Assembly (NCBI RefSeq): GCF_018977255.1
Contig: NW_024704743.1
Coordinates: 31,994,001 to 32,058,000 of the forward strand
Length of the DNA stretch: 64,000 nucleotides
From: Callorhinchus milii
Taxonomy: Eukaryota
Direction of reading: 5' to 3'
Made by a program: the position numbers and the translations under genes. The notes under the pieces are model-generated. The model made no database searches. It saw only the letters and a program-made list of their open reading frames with translations, and had not been told where the DNA came from. Below, piece by piece: positions 24,541 through 38,325 of the stretch; position 1 is the first letter of the stretch; each line of letters starts with the position of its first letter.

Positions 24541-25502
24541 AATCATTCTGGACTGCAAAGTCACTTTATCCTGACTGACATATGTTACATGTCTTAGGTT
24601 CCTGAGGAGTACCCAAGCTGTCTGTGTCTCTCTCCATTGTGAGCTCAGACTGCAATTATTGTTTTATTTAGTCAATGAGTATTGGGCAAGATTTCATTAT
24701 TTACTTAATAATTTACTTAATAGGCACTAAGTAGTGTTAGCAACAAAGCCGTTTAAAAATGCAGCCATTGAAAAGTCAGAACCAGTGCAAAAATGTCTCA
24801 CTTTGCCTTATCTCAGCAATGGAAAATGGATCCTTAAACTCACGGTGAACTAATTGACAGGGGAGAGAGCCAGGGAGGAGAGAAAGAGTGAATAGGAAAG
24901 AAAGAGAAGATGAAGAGAAATAGGAAGTGCAGCATCCAGATCAGTGAATTAAATAAATGGGTCGTGAATCAATTGAATTTGGAAATCCAGGTTTATATAA
25001 TCATCAGAAGCCCTGAGATGATCAGTGACACATTCCAAACTCAATTTTATTTTGTTTATTAAAATACACTATATTGAATACGTATAATTTTTGTTTATTT
25101 GAGACCCTTGCAATGTGCAGTTCAACAGTATGAGCATTCCCCTTAAATAATGGATAGTTGTACAGAAAAATAATACGCACTGGGACAATCCTTCATCTTG
25201 CAAATCTGATAAGGTTGTTTTTCCTCCAGTGAGATGTAGGGGTGGACACTGTGTTGCATTTATTTTATCTTTTCCATGTCCTCGAATGATTTGAAGTAGC
25301 AAAGTATAAGGATTGCAATTGCCACAGTTGCTTTCGCAATGGCAAGTTATGCAGTTTTAGCTGGTTGGACTCCAGGAATACCCCAACGCACACTCTGGGG
25401 TCTTGCCAACCTGTGCCTAATACTTTCCAGAATTAGGTAAACAGGATGCATCTCTCCAGGGAGAGAGGGTGCGTGCCATTCCAACAATCTATCTCTGGAA
25501 AT

Positions 25503-25876
25503 TAATAATAATAATCCTTGCATTTGATATGGAGCTTTTCACGTTTTCTAGACGTCTCAAAGCGCTTCACAGAATATACTGTAAAGTATTCACTTTACAT
25601 ATATAAAAATATAGGGCGAAAAACGGCAAACAATTGCACGCAGCAGTGTCCCACAGACAATCGTGGATTGAGTGACCAAATTATTATTTTTTTTAGGGAT
25701 TATTATCCCCGGAAAAGCAATCCCACCAATCAACCAACAGCCAGGTTCCTACTTACTGCTAGGTAAACAGAGAGTGTGGAGTAAGGAAACGTGCCCAACA
25801 TTTCGTCCTGCAGGGATTAGAACCCAGGTCTCTCATTTGCGAGGCAAGTGCTTTAACCACTGAGCTACAGGACTCC
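25503..25876 (-). mobile_element. SINE family A, full length
   Basis: Reverse complement is collinear with 10049-10431. Confidence 0.88.
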
Positions 25877-27081
25877 ATACTTCCATGTATAGGTGGGATG
25901 CATGGAATTCTCAGTTTGGTTTGGATACTCTTAAGCATAGTGATGGGTTTCCACATGTGTCAGACACCTGACTGACCCAAAACAAAATTCCTCTATTCCT
26001 TCTACACAGGAAAATAGCTCCCACTTTCCTCCCACTGGAATTTCATAATTTTTCTTTGTGATTCGTTTGTGATGATTTGTTTTTTTTCCCCCTTCTGTCG
26101 ATTAGCAAAGTTCAAAGTTGAAAAAGAATCTGATATATGTTTATGCAACCGCATTTCTGCAAAGCTTCTTCCCAGAAGATCCAGAAAAACATTAAAAATA
26201 TATATTGTTTGTTTTACTCTGTCCCTTTGACAAATTACAAACTTCAAAGATCATTTTTAGCATCAAAACATCTGGAGCACATCCAGCCTCAAGCTTATGT
26301 TTCACTACAGACAAGCATTACAAGCGGCCCTATTTACACGATGATGCATGAAATCACTACAACAAATTGTACTTATATAAGTGCCTTTCACGTTCGATCG
26401 ATGTCTTAAAGCACTTCACAAGGATGCTGGAAATCACCAAACAGAGGAAAACCTAGTTAAATAAATAAGTGGTTTGAAAGGCAGGAAGAGAAAGCAAAGT
26501 GATTTTTGAAGAGAGTTCTAGAGAGCGGTCCATTGTGGCTGATGGCTTGGCTGCTGTTGGTGAGATGGAGGAAAGGAGAAACTAACAATTGACTAGAGGT
26601 GGCAGGGAAGAGCATGAGCAAGAGTATGGCTGAAAAGAGATTGCAAAGTCAGGAAGAGAAAGATAATGAAAGAATTTGAAAATCGTGAAGTTGATCTGCT
26701 GGGGGTACTGGGAGCCAGTGTAACCTGTCAGGGATGGAGTTAATGGGTGCATGGAGCCTGACAAATTGCATTATTATGAACCATGAGAACAGGCAGAAAT
26801 ACACTTTTAACTGGGCTATAATCTCAAAAGATTGGATAAACAGGGTGTATCTGAAGGTGAATTATGCCGCATTTACTAGACAGCTTCCCACTGGTGGCCA
26901 TTCCCAGATGCTGTAAGGAGAATGAGGTATCAGCCTTGAAACTCACCTGATGTAGTGCAGGCAATAGAGGTGGCAATAGAAATGCAAAATCTGCCTTTGG
27001 GAGGTCCAGATCATCATTTTCTTATGGCGGCAGGCAGCGGAACATCAGCTTGCTAACCCTGGCCAGCTTGGCAAGCTTCGA

Positions 27082-27360
27082 CAAGTTTCCTTACTCTACA
27101 TGCCTCTGTTTACCTAGCAGTATGTAGGAATCCCGTTCTTAATCAATTGGCATATTGCTTTCCAGGGGTAATAATCCCTCCCTCAAAAAATGTGGTTACT
27201 CAATCCACGTCTGTTTCTGGGACACTGATGTTGCAATTTGCCCACAAAATATGCAGTGAATCTACTTCACAATATATTCTGTGAAGCACCTTGAGATGTC
27301 TCAACGACATGATGAGGCACTATATCAAATGCAAAGATTATTATTATTTATGTTATTATT
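27082..27360 (+). mobile_element. SINE family A, 5'-truncated
   Basis: Starts at CAAGTTTCCTTACTC; has the family (ATT)n tail. Confidence 0.75.
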
Positions 27361-28154
27361 ACAGTACTTATTAAAGTCACCTAATGAAGGTGCGATACAT
27401 TTCTTTAAACAAAGCAGTAAAACTGATGGTAGTGTAATTTGACTGCAGAAAGTGAGGCTTCTCTCTGATATCCTTCATGCATTATTTTAATTGACTCCTG
27501 TGAAGAGGCACCCCTGAGTAATCCGTCTGTTGTTCACAGGTTTTGAGAAATTTCATGAAGATCAAAGACCTGTGGAGGAGATTTGTGCAAATATGGTATA
27601 TATGGAGTCATCTGGTTAGATCGATTTTAGCCTCTCGGGTCAATCATTTGTTTCCTGGTGTGGGATTTAATTAGGATTCAGGATTCCTGGCATCATGTGC
27701 TGCACCTGTTAGAAGTAAAATTACAAATAAGGCGATATAGGGACTAAATCAGAAGATTCCCAAATGGATTTGCAAAAACAACGAATCCCAGAAATGTTGT
27801 AAACTGACTCCCTGGAACTCCATTCGGATGCCAATCTCAGTTCAGATTTCCCATTAAGTTGGTATCCAAAGGGTTGAGTATCGCACATTGAGGACTCTCA
27901 AGTTACAAATCCTCTTCATGAATCCTGAAGTCGAGACCCTCATCAGCACTCATGGTACCAAAAGAAAGCTTGATAACTGAAGTAATCAATAAAGAAGCAA
28001 TGTAATAGCATGGTTTGAACCAGCAGCACGCAATGCTCAGCTGAAGCCGATGCAAGCCATATTTTAGGTTCCCAGTGACCAAATGTGGGCATTAACTAAA
28101 ACCTCAACACAATTAGTTAGATATTGGCCTTTCACCTCCGGGAAGTGTGAACGC

Positions 28155-28365
28155 ATTGCTTTCTGGAGGTAATAATCCCTGCCCCCCAAAGATATGTTGT
28201 CACTCAATCCACGAGTGTTTGTGGGACACTGCTGTGCACAATTGGTTGCCATGTTTCGCCCACAAATACACAGTCAGTCCACTTTAGAGTATATCCTGTG
28301 AAGCGCTTTGAGGTGTCTCGACGACATGATAAGATGCTATATCAAATGCAAGGATTATTATTATT
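28155..28365 (+). mobile_element. SINE family A 3' half
   Basis: GCTTTCTGGAGGTAATAATCCC...CAAATGCAAGG(ATT)n. Confidence 0.75.
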
Positions 28366-29339
28366 AAGATTGTTTATGGACTATTGTTGGCATAGGTTGG
28401 CTACTGCATTTGATCACAAAACAAAATTCACAATACATCCTTTAAATAAGTTGTTTTGCTGAGCACTTTGAGATGCTTTGAAGTATTATATTAAATGCAG
28501 GATTATTATTTATTAATAACTATAAAATAATTGACTGGTACTCGGAGGGAAATTACATAAAAATCAATGGGAGCCATGCCTGTGTACTTTGTTTTCTTCT
28601 CTTAGCCACATCTCAGGATAAGAGGCTCTGGCATCAGACCCTGTGTGATTCCCATTTCAGGGGTACTGAATGAAACAAATAAGCACTGCTAATAGCAGCA
28701 AAGCTGTACATCTTTAGCGACAGCTCCAATCTATTAAACCACACCAGTTACTTTGTGACGGAGAATTACAGGTGGAAGCATTTTACATTTGACATTATTA
28801 TATAAACTGGGACAAATGGTCTGTATCACCCTTCCCCCCTTTTCATCTCTCCACCTCCAATTTACTTTAAATGCAACGAAGACCCGAACATGATTGAAAT
28901 GGATCCCATTTATTATCCTTCTGCAGACCACACCTGGCTAGAAAATGGCAAGGGGCCAATTTGCATCTGTTTGGGACTTTCTGAGCAATCTAGCGACTAA
29001 TTGCCAAGCCTGCAGGTGTGACTGGAACTGTAATAAGTAACCAATAGTCGTAATTAATCTGCTAGACTGGAGCTGAAGAGCTAACAGCTGGACATTAGGG
29101 ATGGACACATCTGGTGCGAGGCAGAGTGCTCAGTATTGAATCGCCTTTCTATTGTGTGGTAATAATTAGTGGATAGACAGGCTCTCCGTGAGAGCGACCA
29201 CCCAGCCCGCAATATTAACCCGCAGTAGCCAGAGCTAAAACCAGAAGCTGCCTTTCCCGTTAGCATAAAGGATATAGACCATAAGGAAAACTGAAATGAA
29301 TCAAATAATAAAATAAAATAATACATTTTTTGAAATGCT

Positions 29340-29695
29340 CACGTTTGTTATAGCATATTTCATGTTGGAGGACGCCCCAAAGCACTTCACAGGATATACT
29401 GTAAAGTGCTGTGTCTGCGTTTTAGTGGGTGAATGTGGCATCCAATTTTGTCCCAGAAACAGTCACGTGAATGCCCAATTTAACCGGGGGGGGGGGGGGG
29501 TGATTGGCCAGGACACCAGGAGAAACTCTCTTCTCTTTTCAAATAGCGCCATGGGATTTTTAATGTCCACCTGAACAGGCAGTTAGGGGCTTGGGTTTTA
29601 ACGTCTCATCCGTAGACGTTAAAACCCAAGGATGGTAGGATGTAATAAGGATGGTACCTCCAACAATCCAGCACACCCCAGGATTGCACTAGTGT
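29340..29695 (-). mobile_element. Deu-domain SINE, partial, carrying a local inverted duplication
   Basis: GGCCAGGACACCAGGAGAAACTC..AATAGCGCCATGGGAT..TAACGTCTCATCCG. Confidence 0.75.
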
Positions 29696-32600
29696 CACAA
29701 TCACTTCAATAACACTCTCCCAGTATTCCCATCAGCAATTCCCATTCCTGTACGTTCCTGTGACAGATGAGGTCTAAACATATAAAAGTAAAATGGCTTG
29801 AGAGTAATTAAATTAAATGACATTATTTAATCCAAACCCACCTGCTGGACTGGGTAAGATTTGATCCAAATGCTAAAATCCAAGCTTACCTTATCCTCAC
29901 TACTCAGTACAGTGATCTTTATAATAATAATAATAATCATTTGGTTCTTTGGAACAGCCTAAGCCAATCTGTCATTACCTCTGCTCAACTACATTATTTC
30001 TATATTTTTGTTTCCCAAACACAAATGAGTAGCTAAACTATGTTTTACTTCCACTCACTGAGGTGGACGATGCTGTGACATTTTATGTGCAATTCAGATT
30101 GGGCCCGCATCTGGCTTCAGCTCCGCGGAAGCATTATCCCCGGAACTAATGCCTAAAATCCCACACGACAAGCAATCAACTATGAGAATTGCCTCTGAGT
30201 AGGTTTACTGTCTGGCCACTTGTCTACAGTGCTCTTAACAAGCCAAAGCAGGTAATTGTGCAGTCTACCTGGATGAACACTAATACTGTATGCATGCTCT
30301 ATACATTGCTTCCCTCCTCCTCAAGAGGATGGTTTTCAACATGCAATACAATACTCCTCCCTTTATCTTTGAAGATGTTGAATCTGTAGTTACAAATAGG
30401 AAAGCAATTCATTTTATTTACTTAATGGATTTTTTAAAAATCGTTCAGATTTGCGGAGTTGTAGTATTGTCATTGTTGATCCCACAAATAAACCTCTCGG
30501 CCGAAATGATACAAAAAGTAATTTTCCATCCATGGAAGGGCAACAACTATTTTGTGAGAATTGGGGAATTAGTTTGCATTTAAAAAAATATATACCTCTT
30601 TGTTCTTTCTTAGAGCCCTACACATTAAGACCCGCCACCACCACCACTTCAACCATAACCCTCTTCCCTTTCCCACCCCTCCCCCTTTACAAACAGCTGG
30701 CAAATGCCATATCTGTCCTCTATAGGGAACAAAGCAACATGAAACAAAGGGAAAATGGAAGGATACCTCTGACTGCAGGCAATATAGGAATAGCAAACTA
30801 AATGGCTAGCAATTCTAATGCAATATACTTTACACCTTGCAAATACAGCAGAGAATCTGTAATTAGCTACATTGTGAATATGAAAACATTGTGTATAATG
30901 GGTCTCTGTGTATTTTGTATGTGTACATCTCTACTTCTCAAGCTGTCAATGTGTACGGCTTTATCTCTTTCATCTGTACGTGTCTGGATCTTGCACTTGC
31001 CTGGCATTCCCACTCAGACTTGCTCCATTAAAAACAGGATCCTGGACACCTCATGTCCAAACGTAACAACTAAAGAACAATTCCAGAGATCGCAGTCCAA
31101 CATGACATCTATTGGAGGCCGATGTGGATAGTTGGTCCCGCAGTTATTCAAGGTGCGGATACGTGACATTGCACTGTAGAAACCTCAGGCGGGGTTAAGA
31201 CTGCTGGTCAAATTCAAGATGATTGTAGAGTGAATCAGGGAGAAGCCCCTGAGAGTTACGTATCCATTTCAGTGCCAAGGTTCCCTGCCCTTGCACATTT
31301 GCCGATAATTTGTCTAAGTGGCACCCAGTGCTCATTCACAGTGGTGGACATTCCTTCAGCCCTGCCTATTTCTTTCTACCTACCTTACAAAATATAGTCA
31401 ATTCACTTTACAATATATTCTGTGAAGTGCTTTGAGATGTCTCAACAATGCGATAAGGCGCTATATCAAATGCAAGGATCATTATTATTATGGTTAGACA
31501 TCAAAACCTGGGTGAGCCTTCAATTCCTTCTGCCAGTTATCAATAAATCTGAAACTATCTTGTTGATTTCTCGCCAGTGCCTTCTCACCTCAGGCTCCTT
31601 CGGGCACTATGTGAGTGTAAGTTGTCTTTGCTGTTCACAATGAGTTTGATGAGATTCAATGCACAGTGAGACAAAGAGCCTGAAAAATACTCAGCCCACC
31701 ACAAAGTAAAGTGCTTAATTTCTAAGGATGTGAACAACATTACGGATGGACCAGTGTTTAATTGTGTTGGGGGGGCGAGGGGGGATACTCCATCATTTCG
31801 ACCTTGCTTACATCTGTGTTTGCAAACATACGAAAACAAGTATTTCCCATGCACATTTCTGTCGAAGATAACAGTTCCCCTTTAATATTAAAATTTAAAT
31901 TACCCTTGTGGCACAGTGCAATATGAAATTGCAAATTTTCATTCTGGCCCAAAGCACTGTATAAATTAACACATTTACAAGAGAACCCAGTGGTTTTATT
32001 ATATACAAAAATGGATGCTGCTAATTGGCTGGGAGTTAACAATGATTTATAATATTTTTTTGCAGTCTGCCCTGGCTGTGGTTTGCTGAGTGTAGTATCA
32101 GGTGGTGCAGCAAAGAAAATAGCTCATTTAAATTGCTTTGCTAATTTACTGAGCTCACAGCAGTCTGAAATCTGCAGACAGTATTGTACACTATCTAGAA
32201 GCACAGACAATGGTGTGCAACCCAGATAAACAGAAGAATTCACCATCATTACGTGACGTACCTAATGAAATGGATCTGTTCTCTCTGCCAGTCACATTAA
32301 TCACACATCTGAACTTGCAAATAAAGCCCCAAAGTTTAACAAGCTGTCAGCTTTAAGTGGTCTAATAAATGCATGTTTTGGAGATTAGGAACAACTTCAA
32401 TTTAACAGAAAGCTGAAATGCAGGTAGGTAGCACAGTGCACTAGTTACTGTGCACCCTGTTAATGGGAACATTAATTTAAAGGGGGCATTCATTCAGGCA
32501 CCAATTAATAGGAATGTGCATTTAATGGAAGCATTTTCTCATGTACTGATTCATTCCCTGTATATTCTAATGGAACACATTGGCTGGTTTATACAAACTG

Positions 32601-33164
32601 TATAAACTGGACATGCAGCTGATAGGCATAATTTGTAGCCAGCTCTGTAACTCATCCAGAGAATGAAAGCACTTCAAATGTTTTATGGACCTGTTTTGTG
32701 CTCATTGGGGTGAGGAAGGTCAGTGCTGGAAAATGGAGTATGTTCCTCTTTTTGGCACCGTCAAGCACTCCCAGATAGGTATAGTGCTGCTACGTACATG
32801 GTAAATGATAGCTGGAGTGCTCGATAATGGCCTAGTGCTAGTGTGGGCATGTTAAGTCAATCAGGAGCAGGCTATCAATAATTGCCTCTCATGGCCCAAT
32901 TTTACACTGATAGATTCAAGCAGTGCTGACAGCAAATTAAAAAGCCACCTTCCCCCCTTTATATCACGCCACCCAGTAGCAGTTGTTTCAAAATCACAGT
33001 TTCTTCTTTAAAATGACCTGAACTGTGTGTTTTTCCAGGAATAGGATACTTATTTTCTTAAAAAAAGGTTTCTACAACAACTTTTCTCATTTAGCTCCCA
33101 ATGCATATTAAAGGGGCAACAGAATTCATGATTGTGTCTTCACTTACATCATTTAACGGTGTGT

Positions 33165-33415
33165 TCAGCTTCCCTGTCTCCACCTTTTGGAACTCCATCC
33201 CACAATCTCATCGCCTTGCTCCCTCCCTTGCCTCCTTCAAAGCACAACTCAAGACCCTCCTTTTCGACCGTGCCTTCAGCCGCCCTCCTATTCCTCTGCC
33301 CTCCCTCATCCCAACCCTGCCCCTTCGCTCGGGTCCTGATTCCTGACTATTCAGCGTCTTGGGACATTCTCCTGCCATGAAAGGCGCTTTAAAAATGTAA
33401 ATTTGTTGTTTTTGT
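33165..33415 (+). mobile_element. L2 LINE 3' fragment
   Basis: WNSIPQSHRLAPSLASFKAQLKTLLFDRAF plus tail. Confidence 0.85.
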
Positions 33416-33419
33416 TTAT

Positions 33420-33828
33420 TAATAATAATCATAATGCTCACATTTGATATAGCGCCTTATCACATCGTCGTGATGTCTCAAAGTGCTTAACAGGAAATGG
33501 TTAAAGAAGTGTGACTGTGTGCATTTTGTGGGTAAACTGACAGCCAATTTGCATACAGCAATGTCCCACAAACAGCCATGGAAGTGAGCGACCAATTTTA
33601 TTTTGGATAGTTGGCCAGGACACTGGGATAAACTCCTTTTTCGAATAGTGCCTTGGAATGTTTAACATCTACTTGAAGAGTCAGACAGGATCTTGGTTTA
33701 ACATCTCATCCGAAGTACAGCACCTATTGCAATAGAGTGTCAGCCCTAGGATATACGAGTTCAAATTCACAACGTGGAACTAGAACCCACAACTGACCCA
33801 GAGGCGAGAGGGCAAACAACAGAGCCGG
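33420..33828 (-). mobile_element. Deu-domain SINE, family B
   Basis: Collinear with other family B copies, head to (ATT)n tail. Confidence 0.8.
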
Positions 33829-35539
33829 GTATTTTCCTTACACTTTTCTTATGAAAAATAACTAGGCAGTATACCTTCTGTGTCATCATCTGTGATCAAT
33901 GGCTAAATCAATATTCACTGCTGACTGGAGAGGTTCTGTTTTCCTCAGAAAAACATTTAGAAGGTTGCACAACAGTAAAAATATAACTAAATGTCAACAG
34001 ATACTGGAGTAATATTCAGAATTGCCATTTATAGGAAATCGTATGTGCAAAATATAAATGCTAGGTAAGAAGCACTGGTGCTGTACAGCACTTACAGTGT
34101 TAAATCATGGGCAATTATTCATAATATATTCATCCATTTTACATCCCAACTCATGCAAATTACATCTGCAGCAGCGTAGAAATTAATTCCATGCTGTAAA
34201 TGTTTCATGACATTGGCTGTGACAAAGATCAGACCACCTTCCCACATCAGCAATCTTTGGCATCCCCAGTATAATGTTAAGCAGACTGAAGGTCCCAAGA
34301 CACAGGTGCCTGAGACTTGCGGGATTGAATAAATGTCTTGATCTTGAAACACAATAAGGGAGATACTTCTTCATCCATTAGGGTGATCGTTCTTTCTAAG
34401 GAAAAAAAAGACTTGTTCAGCCTCAGCTTTTTGTTTGCTCATCTTTCTCAAATGGATTTGGAAGGTGTGGGGGTGGGGTGGGGCAATTGCGAGGAGGTGC
34501 TATTAGAAAAAAGGATTTACCCGTTTATGGATTCCCGGTACCAGAAATTTATTTCATTTCAATGAAAAGCAAATCATTTTTCTTTCCCTTCCTTTTTTTG
34601 TTCATTCTTTTCACCCCTACAGATGCAATCTGAAAGGTGCAGTAATGTGAGATTTTAAACAGTGAGGAAAATTAAAGCTGTATAAATTTCATTCAGATAC
34701 GGACTGCCTGATTCAGAGGGACTGTTTGCATTAACATTGAAAGCTCTGCGCAGATTGCAGATTGTTTCAGAGCTGCAGGAGAGCTGTGCAATAAAGAATT
34801 CCTGCCACGGATTGTAAATCAGATGGACATCCAGTTAGCATTGGTGAAGCAGGATAACCTCTAGCCTAGTAACTGGTTTCTTTGATTTCATAGAAATTAA
34901 GCAGATCAGGCAGTCTTTATGTTGTTACCAATAAAAGAAAAATAATCACAAATTTCTGTCGAACCAGTCCTCACTTTACACCCACTAGCTTGAATGCAAC
35001 GTTCACAAAAATTGATACTATTCTACATATCACAACCATTACGAGACCATAATAGAATACCATACATTGACTAAAATAATTAATCCAGTTATTAATAATA
35101 ATCCTTGGATTTGATGTAGCGCTTATGGCATCCAAACATCTCTAATCCCCTCACATGGATTTGCTGCCTAGTCTAGTGACTCTTTATTTGTAGACAGAAA
35201 TAATGAGGAGCTCGGGCTGAAAGATAAGTCAGAGTGATGTAGGACCTCTGCACTCAGTGTAGAATATTTACTTGTAGTTGATCTATGTTTAAGCACTACT
35301 ATATATACAAGTGTTTCCCTACAGAAAGAATGGGAGGATGATCGGGTAGGTAGTGCAGAAGGATAGGATCAATGGCAGAAGGGCCTTCTTCATCCAAACC
35401 TTTCTTATGATCTTGTGATAACAATGTCCACTTTCATTTCTAATCAATAAAATCATATATTTTTAAATACTTTGAGACTTTTTTTGTGAAAGGCCTTATT
35501 ATAAATGTAAGTTATTATTTTTTTTATTCGTGTTAGTGT

Positions 35540-35970
35540 TGCTCCATTTACAGCAATCTCGCCTCTAAGTCAGAAGGTGGTGAATTCACACCCCACGTCG
35601 GGACTTTGAACTCACATAGTCGAAGCTGACACTCCAATGCCGTACTGGAGGTATGCTGCATTATTGGAAGTGCCGACCTTCGGGTGATATATTAAACCGA
35701 AGTTCTATCTGCCTGCGGAGCTGGAAGTTAAAGATCCCAAGGCACTATTTGAAAAGAGTCTTTCTCCCAGTGTGGGGGCCAATAATCCCCAAATAAGACT
35801 GGTTATTCAATTCATGGCTATTTGCAGGACATCATTGGGTGCAAAATTGCCTGCTGCGTATACCATAAAAATACACAAGTACGACATCTTATTGTATTTT
35901 CTGTGAAGCACTTTGAGACATCCTCATGACATGAAAGGCGCAATATCAAATGTAAAGATTATTTATTATT
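35540..35970 (+). mobile_element. Deu-domain SINE, family B
   Basis: CTCGCCTCTAAGTCAGAAGG head; TTAAACCGA..GTTAAAGATCCCAAGGCACTATTTG core; tail present. Confidence 0.8.
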
Positions 35971-37694
35971 AAACACTTATTAATGTTTTTCCCATGTTTG
36001 TAAAATGAGAATGTTTTCTTTGAGTCAAGCAATAGTCTTTGTCACTGAAGCTTTGCAGCACAGACAAAGGAGGAGATATGAAGAGTGTCACAGTGTCAGT
36101 GTTCCTGCTGATTTAGCAAGATTACCATGGTTATAATTATATCACGACATAAAGGAAAACAATTATCCTGGCGAGTAAACATCACAATTAGGAATAAATT
36201 ACAATACCAAAACTTGAGAACAGAAATTTCTCTTCAGGATCTTTATAAAGAATAACCATTTTGCTTTTTTTTCTAAATTAGGGATTCATTTTGTACCAGG
36301 CAACAAGGTGAAAAATGACAGTGATATTGAATGGAACACACTTCCCACCTTTGGGACAACTTTCAGCAGTGAGCATTCCTGAATAAATCTGTCCCAATAG
36401 TAGGCTAAAGCTCTATCTAAAATAATAATAATAATAATCATTGCATTTGATATAGCGCCTTATCACGTATTCGAGCAGCGTTTCACAGAATATACTGTAA
36501 AGTGAATTGACTGTATATTTTGTGGGTAAAATAATCCGATATAATGATATCATGATGGTAGGATGGCTATTCTGGAAGAATGAGATCAAATGGGCTGAAG
36601 GGCCTTCTTCATCCGAATGTCCTTGTGATCTTCTGTAATTTGCTTTGTTCTTAGGCACAGAAGAGGAGCCCCACATATTCAGCCTGAAATTCCATTTTCC
36701 AAACCAGGCTTCATCATAACCTCTCGGAATGTGATAACATGTGTGTGTCCAAACTGCTACACACAATGGTACCAAACTGTACCACCAGTTCTCTGGCAGA
36801 TCTTTTAATCCCAATGCCGTGCCTCCTCTCACTATGTGCCTTAACATCTTTACTATACAACTCTTAGCATTTCTTAGCATTTCAGAATGTCCGGCAATCC
36901 ACAAAGTCCACAAATCTTTGAAGCCGTTTTCTCCAGTTCTTAAATGATTGAATTTCGATCCCTAATGTTGTTCTATTCTAACTCATTTGTTCCCAGGTCT
37001 TGAAGACTATTGAAATCCTTTCCCCCTGCAGGCTTCAGCCCCCCACCCCCCGCCACCTATGGATCAATTTGCTCTTAAGTCCCCTAGCTTGGTGTCTTCC
37101 AAGCATTATTTCTTGATTTATCTCATCCTCGTTCCCATAGGTTAAAGCTATAGTGATGTCCTGAACTATAATGCCCAGCTCTTTACCTTTAGTTTATCAA
37201 TATAAAGGGTTATAACGCAAAAAAGCCTCAAAGGCCAATGGTTTATGCAAACTGATCTACTGTAGCAGTCAGCTGCAGTTGATGGCTTATTTTGTGTAAA
37301 CCACCTGTCCCTAACATGTATCCTCTGTACACAATTTGTGTTGTAACATCTTACAATTTCTCTTACAATGTGGCGTCTGTGCACACCTGCGTGCCTGAGG
37401 ATGCCAGCTGGGGTATTCAAATAGTTGTCTAAAACAAATACGTCTCTAAGACATTACGATCCCAATGCAAAACAGTTTGGATCCAATGAAATAATGCCTT
37501 GACGATCTGGTCTAGCTAAACTTGTTAAACTTGTTAATCTTACAAACAGCAGCTCGAGCATGAGTTCATCGCTTACAGCACTTTATTTGCTTTGCAGCAC
37601 AGGAGTATATTTGAATATTTCTCTATGTGTTTCACTACATGCCTGTTATTCTTAAAAATAAATATTCTTTTCATAAGTGATGTTTATAATAATG

Positions 37695-38020
37695 ATACAA
37701 TACAATACAAAATTACATTTGTATATAGCGCGTTTCATGTTGGGAGGATGTCCCATGGCACTGGACGGACAGAGATTTGGACCCAAGCTGGGTGTCAGGA
37801 TCGGGGAGGGTGGAGGACAGGGAGGGTATGAGGGTGGCCGAAGACTCAACAACAACAACAACTTGGAGTCTCAGTCGAAGAGGAGGGTTTTGAGACGCTC
37901 CTTGAAGGAGGCAAGGGAGGGAGCGAGGTGAAGGCAATGTGGGATGGAATTCCATAGGGTGGGGGCAGAAAGGCTGAAGGCCCGACCGTCGATGGTGGTT
38001 GGGTCGGGCGGTGGATGTGG
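37695..38020 (-). mobile_element. L2 LINE 3' fragment with (TTGTA)n-type tail
   Basis: ATACAATACAATACAAAATTACATT.. then L2 3'UTR and ORF end; short (CAA)n insertion near 37847-37870. Confidence 0.82.
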
Positions 38021-38024
38021 GAGT

Positions 38025-38325
38025 TCAAGCCCCATATCAGGACTTGGAACTCACATAGTCTAAACTGATAATAACAATAACAATAATCTTTGAGCTTGAT
38101 AATAGCACCTTATCACATCTTCAAGACATCGCAAAGGGTTTCACAGAATACACTGTAAAGTGAAATGACTGTGTATTTTGTGGGCGAAAAGCGGCAGCTA
38201 ATTGCGGCAGCCTGATGCTCCAATGCAGTGTTGGGGATGTGTAGCATTGATGGAGGTGCCATTCTTTGGATGAAATGTTAAACCCAGGTACCATTTGCCT
38301 GTTCAGGTAGGATGTTAAAGATTAA
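38025..38325 (+). mobile_element. Deu-SINE fragment interrupted by an oppositely oriented SINE tail (~38070-38210)
   Basis: GTTCAAGCCCC..GACTTGGAACTCACATAGTCTAAACTGA [insertion] CTGATGCTCCAATGCAG..GGATGAAATGTTAAACC. Confidence 0.65.

Noticed and set aside
36413..36913. 166-aa minus-strand ORF
   Set aside because: Runs through CR1-tail and SINE-tail sequence (ends YYYYY from (ATT)n); a chance open frame.
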